This document shows, piece by piece, positions 45,272 through 55,103 of a stretch of 64,000 bases of DNA (position 1 is its first letter; each line of letters starts with the position of its first letter). The notes under the pieces are model-generated. The model saw nothing but the letters and a program-made list of their open reading frames with translations, was not told the origin of the DNA and did not search any database. The stretch comes from Syntrophorhabdaceae bacterium (GTDB lineage Bacteria; Desulfobacterota; Syntrophorhabdia; Syntrophorhabdales; Syntrophorhabdaceae). Made by a program: the position numbers and the translations under genes. Where the stretch lies: the NCBI GenBank assembly GCA_963665295.1, contig OY762209.1, forward strand, positions 4,416,001 through 4,480,000, in the 5' to 3' direction.

Positions 45272-46429
45272 TCACGTGCTGCCGCACGAACGCTCCAGTT
45301 GATCAAGGCTATGCAACTGGTCCTGAAAACTGAGGGGGACGCCTTCGCCCAGGGGCTTCTTAAAGAAGAAAGCGAGTTCCGGGACCGGTCCCATCCTCCC
45401 CGCCTCCTTAAGGACTGCCATCCACCTGGCCAGATCAAGGACCATCGGGGCGGCGAGAATCGAGTCCCTCCCCAGAAGGTTGAGACGAAGGCTCATGGGG
45501 AGACCGAAGAGTCCCATAAAGTCGATGACATCCCATGCCTCTTTCGCGTCCCCGCGAGGTGGGTAATAGTCGATACGGACCTTGTGGGACGATGAACCGT
45601 ATCTTTCTCCCACATGATAGCCAAGGACCTCGTCGAGGAGTTCCGTCTTGTTTGAAAGCTTGGCGTCGGCCCTGCCGGGCTCCACAAGATTTTCTCCGTC
45701 CGCGTTTCCAAGAATATTCATGCTGTACCAGCCATCGACATACAGACTTCTCGCTTTCAAAGCCGATGCGAGCACTACTTTCAGGTAAGTTTGGCCGCTT
45801 TTACCGTCCCTTCCGCAAAGCGGGACGCGCGACCCCATCGCCGCTCGCTGAATGGCAGGAATCTCCACCTCATTGGAGGTGAAATTCACCACGGGCACAC
45901 CGCTTTCTATTGCCGCTGCCACGTAAGCGATGTCCTGCGGCTCATTCCTTATCCGCCGCGCATAAAGGTCGTGAAGGGACCGGCAATCGCCGGAATCGAA
46001 ACGAACGGAGGCGGGCAGCAGGTTAATGAAAACGGGTCGGCAACGCGGGTACATGCTTCTGAAGGCATCCATGTCCTCTGCCAGACGGATCACTCTGGTT
46101 TTAAGGGGGATGTCGGGCCTTGGCGCCTCGCGGACAGGTATCTCCGTGAGCCTTTCGAGACAGCCCATCCAGGTCTTTCCAGGGAGAACGCCATGGTGCT
46201 TTATGGAATCGGGAAGACTCCTCGTACTCGTGTCCCATCCCACCATTCTGGTAGCTTGCGGCAGCCCCAGGCCGGGAAACTTGTCGGCAGTGGTGAGGCT
46301 CGCAAGTACCAGGTCCGGGTTCACGCCCAGTGTCGCAACCGCAACAGCCAGAGTGGACCCCACCGCACCTTTTGCCCCCGCAACCATAAGGAGAAGTCCC
46401 GGCAGACCCGGGTCACCAAAAGCCGTCAT
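45272..46429 (-). CDS. myo-Inositol-1-phosphate synthase family protein
   Basis: GAKGAVGST, GRDGKSGQT.LK, N.LGN.DG, IDYYPP.GD.K, DS.LAAP..LD. Confidence 0.88.
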   Translation of the reverse strand: MTAFGDPGLPGLLLMVAGAKGAVGSTLAVAVATLGVNPDLVLASLTTADKFPGLGLPQATRMVGWDTSTRSLPDSIKHHGVLPGKTWMGCLERLTEIPVREAPRPDIPLKTRVIRLAEDMDAFRSMYPRCRPVFINLLPASVRFDSGDCRSLHDLYARRIRNEPQDIAYVAAAIESGVPVVNFTSNEVEIPAIQRAAMGSRVPLCGRDGKSGQTYLKVVLASALKARSLYVDGWYSMNILGNADGENLVEPGRADAKLSNKTELLDEVLGYHVGERYGSSSHKVRIDYYPPRGDAKEAWDVIDFMGLFGLPMSLRLNLLGRDSILAAPMVLDLARWMAVLKEAGRMGPVPELAFFFKKPLGEGVPLSFQDQLHSLDQLERSCGST

Positions 46430-46496
46430 ACTTCCCGCTCCAAAACAGATTTGTCAGTCATATTCATCATGCGGCTATTCTCCTGCGACATATTTT

Positions 46497-48266
46497 TCAA
46501 GCTCCCCTTTCTTCGAGGGGGCGGCGCGACAGCGCTTCTGAAATCATTCCGGATAACTGCCTAAGGCCTTCTGCCGTATTTCCACCCACATGGACGCGTA
46601 TGGTGCGTCTTCCATGCTTTTTCAGGGCTTCCATGTCCCCCACTGCCTGGGCGCGCTTCAATACGCCGAAGGAGTAATTTGAACCGGGAATGGCAACGTC
46701 CTCTTCGTCATCCGAGGTAATCTGGAGAAAGAGGCCCTTATTGGGGCCTCCCTTATGGAACTGACCCGTGGAATGGAGAAACCTCGGGCCATATCCCATA
46801 GTTGTGGCAAGACCAAGGCGGTCCCTCACGGTCACCCGTATATCCTGCAAGGCCTTCGTAGCATCCGGTGTTTCGGTGAGGTATGCCTGGAGAGCGACAT
46901 AGTCGGAGGTCCGCGCCCGCGCTAGAAACTTCGAGAGAATCGTGACCCCGTCCTCCCCTCCCGCGGTGTCGCCATAGAAAGAGAGACCCCTTTCCCGTAG
47001 TTGAGGCTCTGCCTCCGTCAGGCCGCCGGCTCTACACACTTCTTCGAGCAGCTTGTTTGTCACATCCTTGCTTTCCTGGACATTCGGCTGGTCGAAAGGG
47101 TTTATGTCCAGAATCCGCCCCGCGGTCGCCGTGGCAATCTCAAAACGGTAGAACTCTTGAGCAATGTCAAACAAGTCGTTGAGCCTGATCACGATGACCG
47201 GCTTGCCCGCCCGCTTCAGCCTGTCCACTGCTTTCTCGAAAGACGGGTCTTCCTGCCCCTTCACCTCAAAACAGACAAAAAGCCTGTCCTCTCCATAGAC
47301 GGAGGGGTCGCCCAGCGGTTCGTCGGCCACCGGCAGAATGCCGGTTCCTTCCTTGCCGGTACTTTCCGCAATCAACTGTTCCAGCCACAACCCGATGGCG
47401 CCGATCGATTCAGGCACGAGAAAGGTGAGCTTGTCTATCCCCTGTCGTGCAAGCTCGCCCATGGCAGCACCCAGCACGACCCCCGGGTTCTCGCGAAGAG
47501 GCACGCCGTAGAGGCATGCCTTCTCCATCCTCAGAGCCCTCAGAACGAGTTTGTCAATATTGAGACCCATGAGGGCGGCGGGAACGAGCCCGAAATAGGA
47601 AATTGCAGAATATCTGCCTCCAATGTCTTTGAAGTTGTGGATTACACTCCTGAAACACCGCTTTTTCGCGAGAGTCTCAAGGGAGCTTCCCGGATCGGTA
47701 ATAACCGCAAAATTGCCTCCCGCGGTTATCTCGTTTATCCCGACCAATCTTTCGAAAAAGTACTCACCAAAAGCATTCGGCTCCACAGTGGTCCCCGACT
47801 TACTTGCGATAATAAAGAGTGTCTCCTTGAGGGGCGTCCCTTTTTCGGTCGCCAGGACCGTGGCAGGGTCGGTGGTGTCAAGAACCGCAACCGGCATACC
47901 CTTGACGCTGTGCCCGAAGGTGCGGGCAAAGACAATGGGGGCCATGCTGCTGCCCCCCATGCCCATAAGGACGGCGCGGTTCAGACCCGCGGAAAGCACT
48001 TCCGCGGCAAATTCATAGATATCATCGACATGGAGAGCCATTTTCTCCGGTGCGTCAAGCCATCCCAGGCAACCCCTTATCTGGTCGGCGCTCTTCTCGT
48101 CCTTCTTCCAAAGGGTTGGGTCCCTTTGCCACATACGTTCGACAAAGTTTTCCTCAGCGAGCATCCTTAAGCGGGCATTCACCGCTTCCTCGTGTTCCCC
48201 GAGGTAGAGGACCTGCCTGCTCAGCCCTTCTTCCGCGCCTGTTTCCTTTCTTCCGGTCTTCACCAT
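46497..48266 (-). CDS. pgi: Glucose-6-phosphate isomerase (type found in Tal-Pgi fusions)
   Basis: GMGGS, SKSGTTVE, IGGRYS, QLIAESTGK, NPFDQPNVQESK, HSTGQ.HKGG. Confidence 0.9.
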   Translation of the reverse strand: MVKTGRKETGAEEGLSRQVLYLGEHEEAVNARLRMLAEENFVERMWQRDPTLWKKDEKSADQIRGCLGWLDAPEKMALHVDDIYEFAAEVLSAGLNRAVLMGMGGSSMAPIVFARTFGHSVKGMPVAVLDTTDPATVLATEKGTPLKETLFIIASKSGTTVEPNAFGEYFFERLVGINEITAGGNFAVITDPGSSLETLAKKRCFRSVIHNFKDIGGRYSAISYFGLVPAALMGLNIDKLVLRALRMEKACLYGVPLRENPGVVLGAAMGELARQGIDKLTFLVPESIGAIGLWLEQLIAESTGKEGTGILPVADEPLGDPSVYGEDRLFVCFEVKGQEDPSFEKAVDRLKRAGKPVIVIRLNDLFDIAQEFYRFEIATATAGRILDINPFDQPNVQESKDVTNKLLEEVCRAGGLTEAEPQLRERGLSFYGDTAGGEDGVTILSKFLARARTSDYVALQAYLTETPDATKALQDIRVTVRDRLGLATTMGYGPRFLHSTGQFHKGGPNKGLFLQITSDDEEDVAIPGSNYSFGVLKRAQAVGDMEALKKHGRRTIRVHVGGNTAEGLRQLSGMISEALSRRPLEERGA

Positions 48267-48293
48267 AGTACCGCTACCCCCTCTTATTCGTCT

Positions 48294-49046
48294 TTAATGG
48301 GCCTTTCTTTTTTGCGTCAACAACCGGGCCGCCTCCCTGTCTACAAGGAAGCAAAGGGAACCATCCCGCGGCACAACGTGCGAGGCCGGCAGGGCCGCGT
48401 TCCCGTCTTCCACAACCCCTTTGAGGGACGCCGCCTTGCGGGACCCGCAAACCAGAAATATGATTCGTCGGGCATTGTTCATTACCGGCAGCGTGAGCGT
48501 AATCCTGTCATGACGCGCACTGTCGAGTGTTACGGCCCTTGACAACCTCTTCGACTCCCCGAGCGCAGGGTTGCCCGGAAAGAGCGAAGCCGTGTGGCCG
48601 TCTTCGCCGAGACCGAGGATGATGAGGTCAAACCGCGGGAGTTCTCCCGGTTTCAGCCGGAAGTGCCTCCTTAACTCTTCCTCGTACCTTTCCGCCGCTT
48701 CATCAGGCGTAGGCCCTTCCGTCACTACGTGATGAAGATGGTTTTCAAACGTGGAAACGGCGTCACCCATGGTCTCCCGCACCATATGATAGTTGCTTTC
48801 TTTGTCGGTAAGGGGAACAAACCGCTCGTCCGCAAGGAAGATGTGAATATTTCCCCGTCCCGGGTTCTCGTCCGTCCGTGCCAGGGCGCGGTATAGATCC
48901 ACCGGCGTTTCTCCCCCGGAGAGGGCGACGGTCATATATCCCCGCACTGCAACAGATTCCCCATACGCCTCGCGCCATATCCCCATTGCGAATTCCACAA
49001 GCGATTTCTTCTCATCGAATACGATTACCCTTCCGGTGCTACCCAT
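48294..49046 (-). CDS. pgl: 6-Phosphogluconolactonase
   Basis: LSGG.TP, DERFVP....SN, LGLGEDGHTASLFP, RITLT. Confidence 0.95.
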   Translation of the reverse strand: MGSTGRVIVFDEKKSLVEFAMGIWREAYGESVAVRGYMTVALSGGETPVDLYRALARTDENPGRGNIHIFLADERFVPLTDKESNYHMVRETMGDAVSTFENHLHHVVTEGPTPDEAAERYEEELRRHFRLKPGELPRFDLIILGLGEDGHTASLFPGNPALGESKRLSRAVTLDSARHDRITLTLPVMNNARRIIFLVCGSRKAASLKGVVEDGNAALPASHVVPRDGSLCFLVDREAARLLTQKRKAH

Positions 49047-49098
49047 TCCACTTCAACTCCTCGACGGCGTTCCGCTTCTTATGCCCTCAACCATGGCC

Positions 49099-50643
49099 TT
49101 ACGTAGTGAGCCAACTCCGCCCCTCTTGCTCAATTAGTTGCCCGGCCTCAGGAGGTCCCCATGTGCCGGCCTCATAGTTCGGGGGATTTGCAGGCCGCTG
49201 GTCCTCCCACCGGGAGATAATCGGGTCGACCACATCCCACATGGCCTCGATCTCATCCTCCCTGACGAAGAGAGTAAGGTCCCCTTTCATGATATCGATG
49301 AGCAGACGCTCATAGGGGCGGTGAAGGTGTACCTTGAAGGTATCCTTGTAGCTGAATGCCATGTTTACCGAGTATATCTGATTGTTGGAATACGGATATT
49401 TCACGCCGAAACGCATGGCTATCTTCTCGTCCGGTTGGATGGTCAGCCTCAGGACATTAGGCTCCAGTTCGTCGCAGGTCCTGCCGAAAAGCCTCAAGGG
49501 AAGCCTTTTGAGTTCTATGCATATCTCGGTAACCTGGGAGGGCATTCTCTTTCCCGTGCGGACAAAGAACGGCACGCCCGCCCACCGGAGGTTGTCTATT
49601 TGGATTTTTCCCGCAAAAAAGGTCGATACCGCAGAGTCGGGGGACACGTTTGGTTCAGCCCTGTAACCAGGCACCGGCATATTTCGTATCATGCCCGGCC
49701 CGTACTGGCCGCGTACCATAAACCTGTCGACGTAGGCCTCGTCCATGGGGCGGACGGAACGCATTATCTTGAGTTTCTCGTCCCGGACGTAATCAGCCTC
49801 GAAGCCGATGGGCGGTTCCATTGCTACCAGCCCTATAAGCTGCATGATATGGTTCTGGACGATGTCCCTCACTACGCCCGCATGCTCGTAGAAAGCGCCC
49901 CTGTGCTCGACGCCTATTTCCTCGGCGACGGTTATCTGCACATTGTCCACAAAACGACGGTTCCAGATCTCCTCGAAAAGGGTGTTGGAAAACCGGAAAA
50001 ACATGATGTTCTGGACAGGGTCCCTCGCAAGGTAGTGATCAATCCTGTATATCTGTCTCTCATCAAAGGCATCGGTGAGAATCATATTCAGGTTCACCGC
50101 CGACGCGCGGTCCCGGCCGAAAGGCTTTTCCATCACTATCCGCGCAGGCACCGGTCCCTTTGCAAGGCCATTGCTTTTCAGCTTGCCGATCACCATGGGC
50201 GCCACCTGTGGGGGAACCGCCATGTAGTATATGGCGTCACCGGCATCCAGAGACCCGCATCTTTCCAGCCGGCGCCTCAAAATCGCATAGTTTTCGTCGT
50301 CCTCGAAGGAACCGGACAGAAATTCGAGGTGTCCGGCAAATTCCGCCCAGGTCTTTTCATCGAAAGGCTCCCCTTCGAAGAAACCCACCGCTTCTTTCAT
50401 GAATGACAGGTATTCTTCCCCGGAGAGGGCAACTTTATCGAAGGCAAAGATCGAGAAGTTCTTCGCCAGTTCATTCTCTTTGTACAGATGATAGAGGGAA
50501 GGCAGAAGCTTTCTCTTCGTAAGGTCTCCTGCACCTCCGAAAATTACCATTATGAAAGGCACCGGGCTGAATGATTCCTCCGCGATATCGCACAATTTGA
50601 GGAATCTGCTGTCAATGATGCCGTCGTATCCCTTTGTCCTCAT
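49099..50643 (-). CDS. zwf: Glucose-6-phosphate dehydrogenase
   Basis: G..GDL..RKL.P, EKPFG, RIDHYL, RDIVQNH, RW.GVPF..RTGK, YERL. Confidence 0.93.
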   Translation of the reverse strand: MRTKGYDGIIDSRFLKLCDIAEESFSPVPFIMVIFGGAGDLTKRKLLPSLYHLYKENELAKNFSIFAFDKVALSGEEYLSFMKEAVGFFEGEPFDEKTWAEFAGHLEFLSGSFEDDENYAILRRRLERCGSLDAGDAIYYMAVPPQVAPMVIGKLKSNGLAKGPVPARIVMEKPFGRDRASAVNLNMILTDAFDERQIYRIDHYLARDPVQNIMFFRFSNTLFEEIWNRRFVDNVQITVAEEIGVEHRGAFYEHAGVVRDIVQNHIMQLIGLVAMEPPIGFEADYVRDEKLKIMRSVRPMDEAYVDRFMVRGQYGPGMIRNMPVPGYRAEPNVSPDSAVSTFFAGKIQIDNLRWAGVPFFVRTGKRMPSQVTEICIELKRLPLRLFGRTCDELEPNVLRLTIQPDEKIAMRFGVKYPYSNNQIYSVNMAFSYKDTFKVHLHRPYERLLIDIMKGDLTLFVREDEIEAMWDVVDPIISRWEDQRPANPPNYEAGTWGPPEAGQLIEQEGRSWLTT

Positions 50644-51122
50644 AAAACATCCGCCTCCATAATTTCTTCTTCAATCCTCCGGATTTTTTCGAGCCTCCTC
50701 ACGTGGCGTTCTCCCGCGGAAAATCTCGCTTCAAGGAAAAGGGCCACGATTTCTTTCGCCAGTTCCTCGCCCACGACTCTTTCCCCGAGACAGAGCACGT
50801 TCATGTCGTCATGTTCCACGCCCTGGTGGGCTGAGTAAGAATCGTGGCAAACCGCCGCCCTGACCCCGGGAAATTTTGACGCCGCGATGGAGGCGCCTAC
50901 GCCGCTCCCGCAGATGATGATGCCCCTCGCCGCTTCCCCCGCGCGGACGGATTCCGCCACGGCCCGGGCGAAGTCGGGATAATCGTCCGAGGGGTTTTCA
51001 TGGCGTGCGCCGAGATCGGTCACCTCATACCCTTTCGACCTGAGAAAGAGGGATATCTTTTCTTTCAGCCTGAAACCTCCGTGATCGGCGCCCACAACAA
51101 CCTTCATAGCTTCACGAACCAT
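50640..51122 (-). CDS. rpiB: Ribose-5-phosphate isomerase B
   Basis: [26 protein letters not shown]. Confidence 0.95.
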   Translation of the reverse strand: MVREAMKVVVGADHGGFRLKEKISLFLRSKGYEVTDLGARHENPSDDYPDFARAVAESVRAGEAARGIIICGSGVGASIAASKFPGVRAAVCHDSYSAHQGVEHDDMNVLCLGERVVGEELAKEIVALFLEARFSAGERHVRRLEKIRRIEEEIMEADVL

Positions 51123-51128
51123 AATCGT

Positions 51129-51992
51129 CTATCCTATAAGTGAATTCCAGTCCGCGGAGAACCGTTCCATGCCTTTTAGCGTGAGGTCGTGGGCAATATT
51201 ATAATCCTGCCAATCCTTCGAAAGATCGATTTCTTCATAGGGAATCCGCTTCAGGCCGGTTGCCGCATACCGGTAGTCCTCCCCGGGCACGGGAAGCCCC
51301 TTTTCGCTCCACTCCTTCAGGACCGAATAGGGGGCGGTGATAATGTCCGAGCCCAGTTTCAGGGCGCAGAGGAGGTGGCCGAGGTTCCGCACGCTCGCGG
51401 TCAGGACCTCCACATGGCCATCGGCTCCTTGATACATTCTGATGATATTCCCGATCAGGTCCATTCCGTTTTCGCCTCTGTCGTCGAGCCGACCGATAAA
51501 AGGGGAAACAAACACATCACCCTTTTTCGCTCCGCGGGTTGCTGCATGCACCGCGGCAGCCTGCTCTTGCGAAAAACAGAGGGTCATATTCACTCGAAGT
51601 CCTTCTGCTGTCGCCCTGCCCGCCGCCTTCAAACCCTCCCGGGAAGTAGGAAATTTCACGTGGGCGTTCGGGATCCAGGAAAACATCTCCCTTCCCTGGA
51701 CAAGCATCCCCTCCGCGGGCGATGAAGGGTCGGAGTAAACCTCCACTGAGACGGAACCGTCGGGTATCATGGCGGATATCCGCCGGACCACGTCTTTGTA
51801 AAAACCCAACGCTGTCTTCTCATCGAATTTCCGGCCCGATTCAAGGTGTTTTCGTGCCTCCGGGTTCTTCGAGATGAGGGTCGGGTTCGTGGTCTGGCCG
51901 TCCAGGAAACCCATAATACCGATAATCTCCTTTGTCTCATCAGGGTTTCCGCCGTCAAGAAAGATTCTAGTCTTGAGACCTGCAGGTTTCAT
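51129..51992 (-). CDS. tal: Transaldolase
   Basis: FLD, G.TTNPTL, Schiff-base lysine in VKFP, NMTL.FS, SPFIGRLDD, ASVR. Confidence 0.9.
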   Translation of the reverse strand: MKPAGLKTRIFLDGGNPDETKEIIGIMGFLDGQTTNPTLISKNPEARKHLESGRKFDEKTALGFYKDVVRRISAMIPDGSVSVEVYSDPSSPAEGMLVQGREMFSWIPNAHVKFPTSREGLKAAGRATAEGLRVNMTLCFSQEQAAAVHAATRGAKKGDVFVSPFIGRLDDRGENGMDLIGNIIRMYQGADGHVEVLTASVRNLGHLLCALKLGSDIITAPYSVLKEWSEKGLPVPGEDYRYAATGLKRIPYEEIDLSKDWQDYNIAHDLTLKGMERFSADWNSLIG

Positions 51993-53827
51993 AGGACCTC
52001 CTTCACCTTTTCTATGATGCCCCTCTTCGATATGCCTTCATAGTCGAGAAGCTGCTCAGGCGTACCGCTTGCCGGCATCTTTCTGACCGCAAGTATGTGG
52101 ACTGGGGCGAGTCCTGCGAGGGCGCCCTGCACGGCCTCGCCCAGGCCCCCTTCCGCATAGTGGTCTTCCACGGTGATCACCTTTCCCGTTACCCGTGCCG
52201 CTTCCTCAAGAGTGGGGAGATCGAGGGGTTTTATGCTGTAGAGGTCTATCACGCGAATGAGAATATTCTCTTCTTTCAGTGCGTCGTAGGCCGAAAGAGC
52301 CTCAAAGAGGGTCACTCCCCCCGCTACCACCGTCACGAGGTCCAACTCGCTCTCGCGCAGCACTTTGCTCCCCCCGATGACAAACTCGTCGTCCACGTCG
52401 TAGAGAACAGGGGTGTCCATTCTCGTGGTGCGCATATAGACGAGCCCCTTGTGACCGGCCGCCTTCTCCACGAGTCTTTCGGTGGAAATCGCGTCTGCGG
52501 GATAAAGCACTACGCCGCCGAGTAATGTCCTGAACATGGCAATATCTTCCAGGCCCATCTGGGACGGACCGTCCTGACCTATCGACACGCCCGCGTGAGA
52601 ACCCACGAATTTGATATTGCTTCCTGAATACACGGCCATCCTGATCTGGTCAAAAGCCCTGGTCAGAAAAGCGGCAAAGGTGGAGACAAAGGGTATCTTG
52701 CCCCGGGCTGCGAGACCGGAGGCACATCCCGCCATGTTCTGTTCCGCAACGAACATTTCAAAAAATCTCTCCCGGTGAGCCGTCTCGAAGATCTCGGAAA
52801 AGGTGGAATTGCTCACTTCTCCGTCCAGAGCCACAATATTCGGGAACTGGTCGATCACCCTCGTGAGGGCGTTGCCGTATGCCCGCCGGGTCGACACGGG
52901 TTTCTCAACGGGGTAATGAGGGGCCTTTGACCTCCTCACGGGTTTTATTACAGGCCGCACGTCCTCCGGCTTCGGCATCTCGCCGATAATCGACCTATCG
53001 ATCGCACCCAGTTCCACTGTCGCCCTCTCAAACTGCTCCCGGTCCAAGACCTTGCCGTGCCAGCCGTTCTTATCTTCGATGAAGGAAACGCCCTTTCCCT
53101 TGATCGTACGCGCGATTATCATCACGGGCCTGTCCGAGACAGTCAGGGCTTCCTCGTAAGCTCCGAGTATCTGATCCAGACGGTGGCCGTCGATGGTGAT
53201 CGTCTCCCAACCAAAGGGGGCGATCCGCTTTTCGTAGGCCCTCAGGTCATGGCCGTACATTGTCTCACCCCTCTGGCCGAGACGGTTCACATCAATGATG
53301 CCGATGAGGTTATTCAGTTTGTAATGGGCTGCTATCTGAAGCGCTTCCCACTGCGAACCTTCGGCCATTTCACTGTCACCAAGGAGCACATAGGTCCTGT
53401 AAGGCAATCGGTCCAGGTATTTGGCATTAAGGGCCATTCCAACCCCTATGGAAAGGCCCTGGCCCAGGGAGCCCGTGGCTGCCTCAGCGTAGGGGAACGC
53501 GATAGTGGGGTGCCCTTCGAGACGGCTGCCGAATTTTCTCAGGGTCATCAATTCATCGAAGGTCACCTGTCCCGCCGCGGCCCACATTGCGTAGAACAAG
53601 GGGGAGGCATGGCCCTTGGAAAAGATGACCCGGTCGTTGTTCGGATGGTCCGGGTGCGCCGCATCAAATCTGAAGGTGCCGCCGAACATGAGCCCCGCCA
53701 TGAGGTCCGTCGCCGACAGAGACGATGTGGGATGGCCGGAGCCCGCGGCGGTGGTCGAGGCAAGGATATAATACCTGATTAATTTCGCCAACTTTTCCAA
53801 ACGTACTTCAACAGCAGGATTGATCAT
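51989..53827 (-). CDS. tkt: Transketolase
   Basis: SGHPTS, SKGHA, GSLGQG, GDSE..EG, IGQDGPSQ, EDH. Confidence 0.95.
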   Translation of the reverse strand: MINPAVEVRLEKLAKLIRYYILASTTAAGSGHPTSSLSATDLMAGLMFGGTFRFDAAHPDHPNNDRVIFSKGHASPLFYAMWAAAGQVTFDELMTLRKFGSRLEGHPTIAFPYAEAATGSLGQGLSIGVGMALNAKYLDRLPYRTYVLLGDSEMAEGSQWEALQIAAHYKLNNLIGIIDVNRLGQRGETMYGHDLRAYEKRIAPFGWETITIDGHRLDQILGAYEEALTVSDRPVMIIARTIKGKGVSFIEDKNGWHGKVLDREQFERATVELGAIDRSIIGEMPKPEDVRPVIKPVRRSKAPHYPVEKPVSTRRAYGNALTRVIDQFPNIVALDGEVSNSTFSEIFETAHRERFFEMFVAEQNMAGCASGLAARGKIPFVSTFAAFLTRAFDQIRMAVYSGSNIKFVGSHAGVSIGQDGPSQMGLEDIAMFRTLLGGVVLYPADAISTERLVEKAAGHKGLVYMRTTRMDTPVLYDVDDEFVIGGSKVLRESELDLVTVVAGGVTLFEALSAYDALKEENILIRVIDLYSIKPLDLPTLEEAARVTGKVITVEDHYAEGGLGEAVQGALAGLAPVHILAVRKMPASGTPEQLLDYEGISKRGIIEKVKEVL

Positions 53828-53845
53828 GATCGATTCTCCCGTTTT

Positions 53846-54784
53846 TTACTTCTTGAACACGTCGTGTTTGCCGAACTGGTTACGGAGGGCGGCGATAATC
53901 TGCCCCTCATAGCTGGGGTGGGTATTTGAAGCAATCCTGAAATTGACTGCGCCTTCGATAATAGGAGTCGTAACCCCGTATTCCCTCCCCGCTTCCACCG
54001 TCCACTTACCTTCTCCGCTCTGGGCCACCGAACCTGAAATAACATCCAGGTTTTCCCCGTATTCTTCGAACGCTTTCCGGAGCCATCCGGTCAGCCTCGA
54101 AGTAATCACGCTGCCGTGGTCGTAAAGTTCCGCCACCTCGGTAAGGTTAAGTTCGAAGGGGGAGGACTTCATGAGAGAAAATCCCTCTGCCAGGGCCTGC
54201 ATCATTCCATACTCGATCCCGTTGTGGACCATCTTCACAAAATGTCCTGCCCCGTGTCCCCCCATGTACCCGTAGCCGTGCGGTACGGCGAGGTCCCGAA
54301 ACAGTTGTTCATAGCGGTCAAAAACCTCCCTCCTGCCCCCTGCCATAATGCAGGCGCCGCTTCGGGCCCCCGCGGGGCCACCGCTTACACCCACATCGAG
54401 AAATTCAATGCCCTTCTTTGCCACGTCACCCGCACGCCTGATGGAATCCTTGTAATATGAGTTGCCTCCGTCCACGACAATATCCCCCGCGGCGAGGGAG
54501 GGGACAAGGGTTTCCAAAACGCTGTCGACGACGGTGTGGGGGACCATCAGCCAAACAAGCCGGGGAGGTTCAAGACGAGCGGCCAGGCCCTCGATGGACA
54601 CGGCTCCCTCCGCCCCGAGTCTGGCGGTGTCCTCGACAGCATGGTCGTTCGCATCGAAGACCGCTATGCGGTACCCCTTTTCAAGAAGCCTGCCCACCAT
54701 ATTGAAACCCATCTTTCCGAGACCTATATAGCCAATCCTCGGTATGCGCATCGCAGTTCTGTCATTACGACCCTGCTTTTCCAT
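53846..54784 (-). CDS. gnd: Short-type decarboxylating 6-phosphogluconate dehydrogenase
   Basis: GLGKMG, DGGNS, GVSGG, GHFVKMVHNGIEYG, SGEG.WT, R.QFG.H; AGGAGG SD. Confidence 0.93.
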   Translation of the reverse strand: MEKQGRNDRTAMRIPRIGYIGLGKMGFNMVGRLLEKGYRIAVFDANDHAVEDTARLGAEGAVSIEGLAARLEPPRLVWLMVPHTVVDSVLETLVPSLAAGDIVVDGGNSYYKDSIRRAGDVAKKGIEFLDVGVSGGPAGARSGACIMAGGRREVFDRYEQLFRDLAVPHGYGYMGGHGAGHFVKMVHNGIEYGMMQALAEGFSLMKSSPFELNLTEVAELYDHGSVITSRLTGWLRKAFEEYGENLDVISGSVAQSGEGKWTVEAGREYGVTTPIIEGAVNFRIASNTHPSYEGQIIAALRNQFGKHDVFKK

Positions 54785-55103
54785 TCTTGAGCCTCCTTCT
54801 TCGCCAAAGCGCCCAAACCGCCTTCCCTCAGGGGAACAACGGCCATCCGGCCTCGTGTGCCCGGCCCGACCCGCGATTAATAACAATATAAGGTGGGGTC
54901 AAACCGGTTTCAAGGTGAGCGGACGAACCTGGAAACCCGCCCCGACGAAAGGACCGCCGGAAAGCGGAGGAAGTCCGGCAGCCCGGGAGGGAATCGGCTC
55001 GCTTTTGCCTCAGCCTGTCTTTTTTTTGTGAAGGGGACGCCCCAAAACAGGATCGGATGGTCTATAATGTTATATGGATTAGTTCTTCCAGGAGGGGGGT
55101 CAA

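Noticed and set aside
47001..50406. Long plus-strand ORFs of 389 and 422 aa, and similar long antisense ORFs at 13482, 38803, 55428 and 58789
   Set aside because: They lie opposite well-supported genes, have no motifs, and are expected from codon bias.
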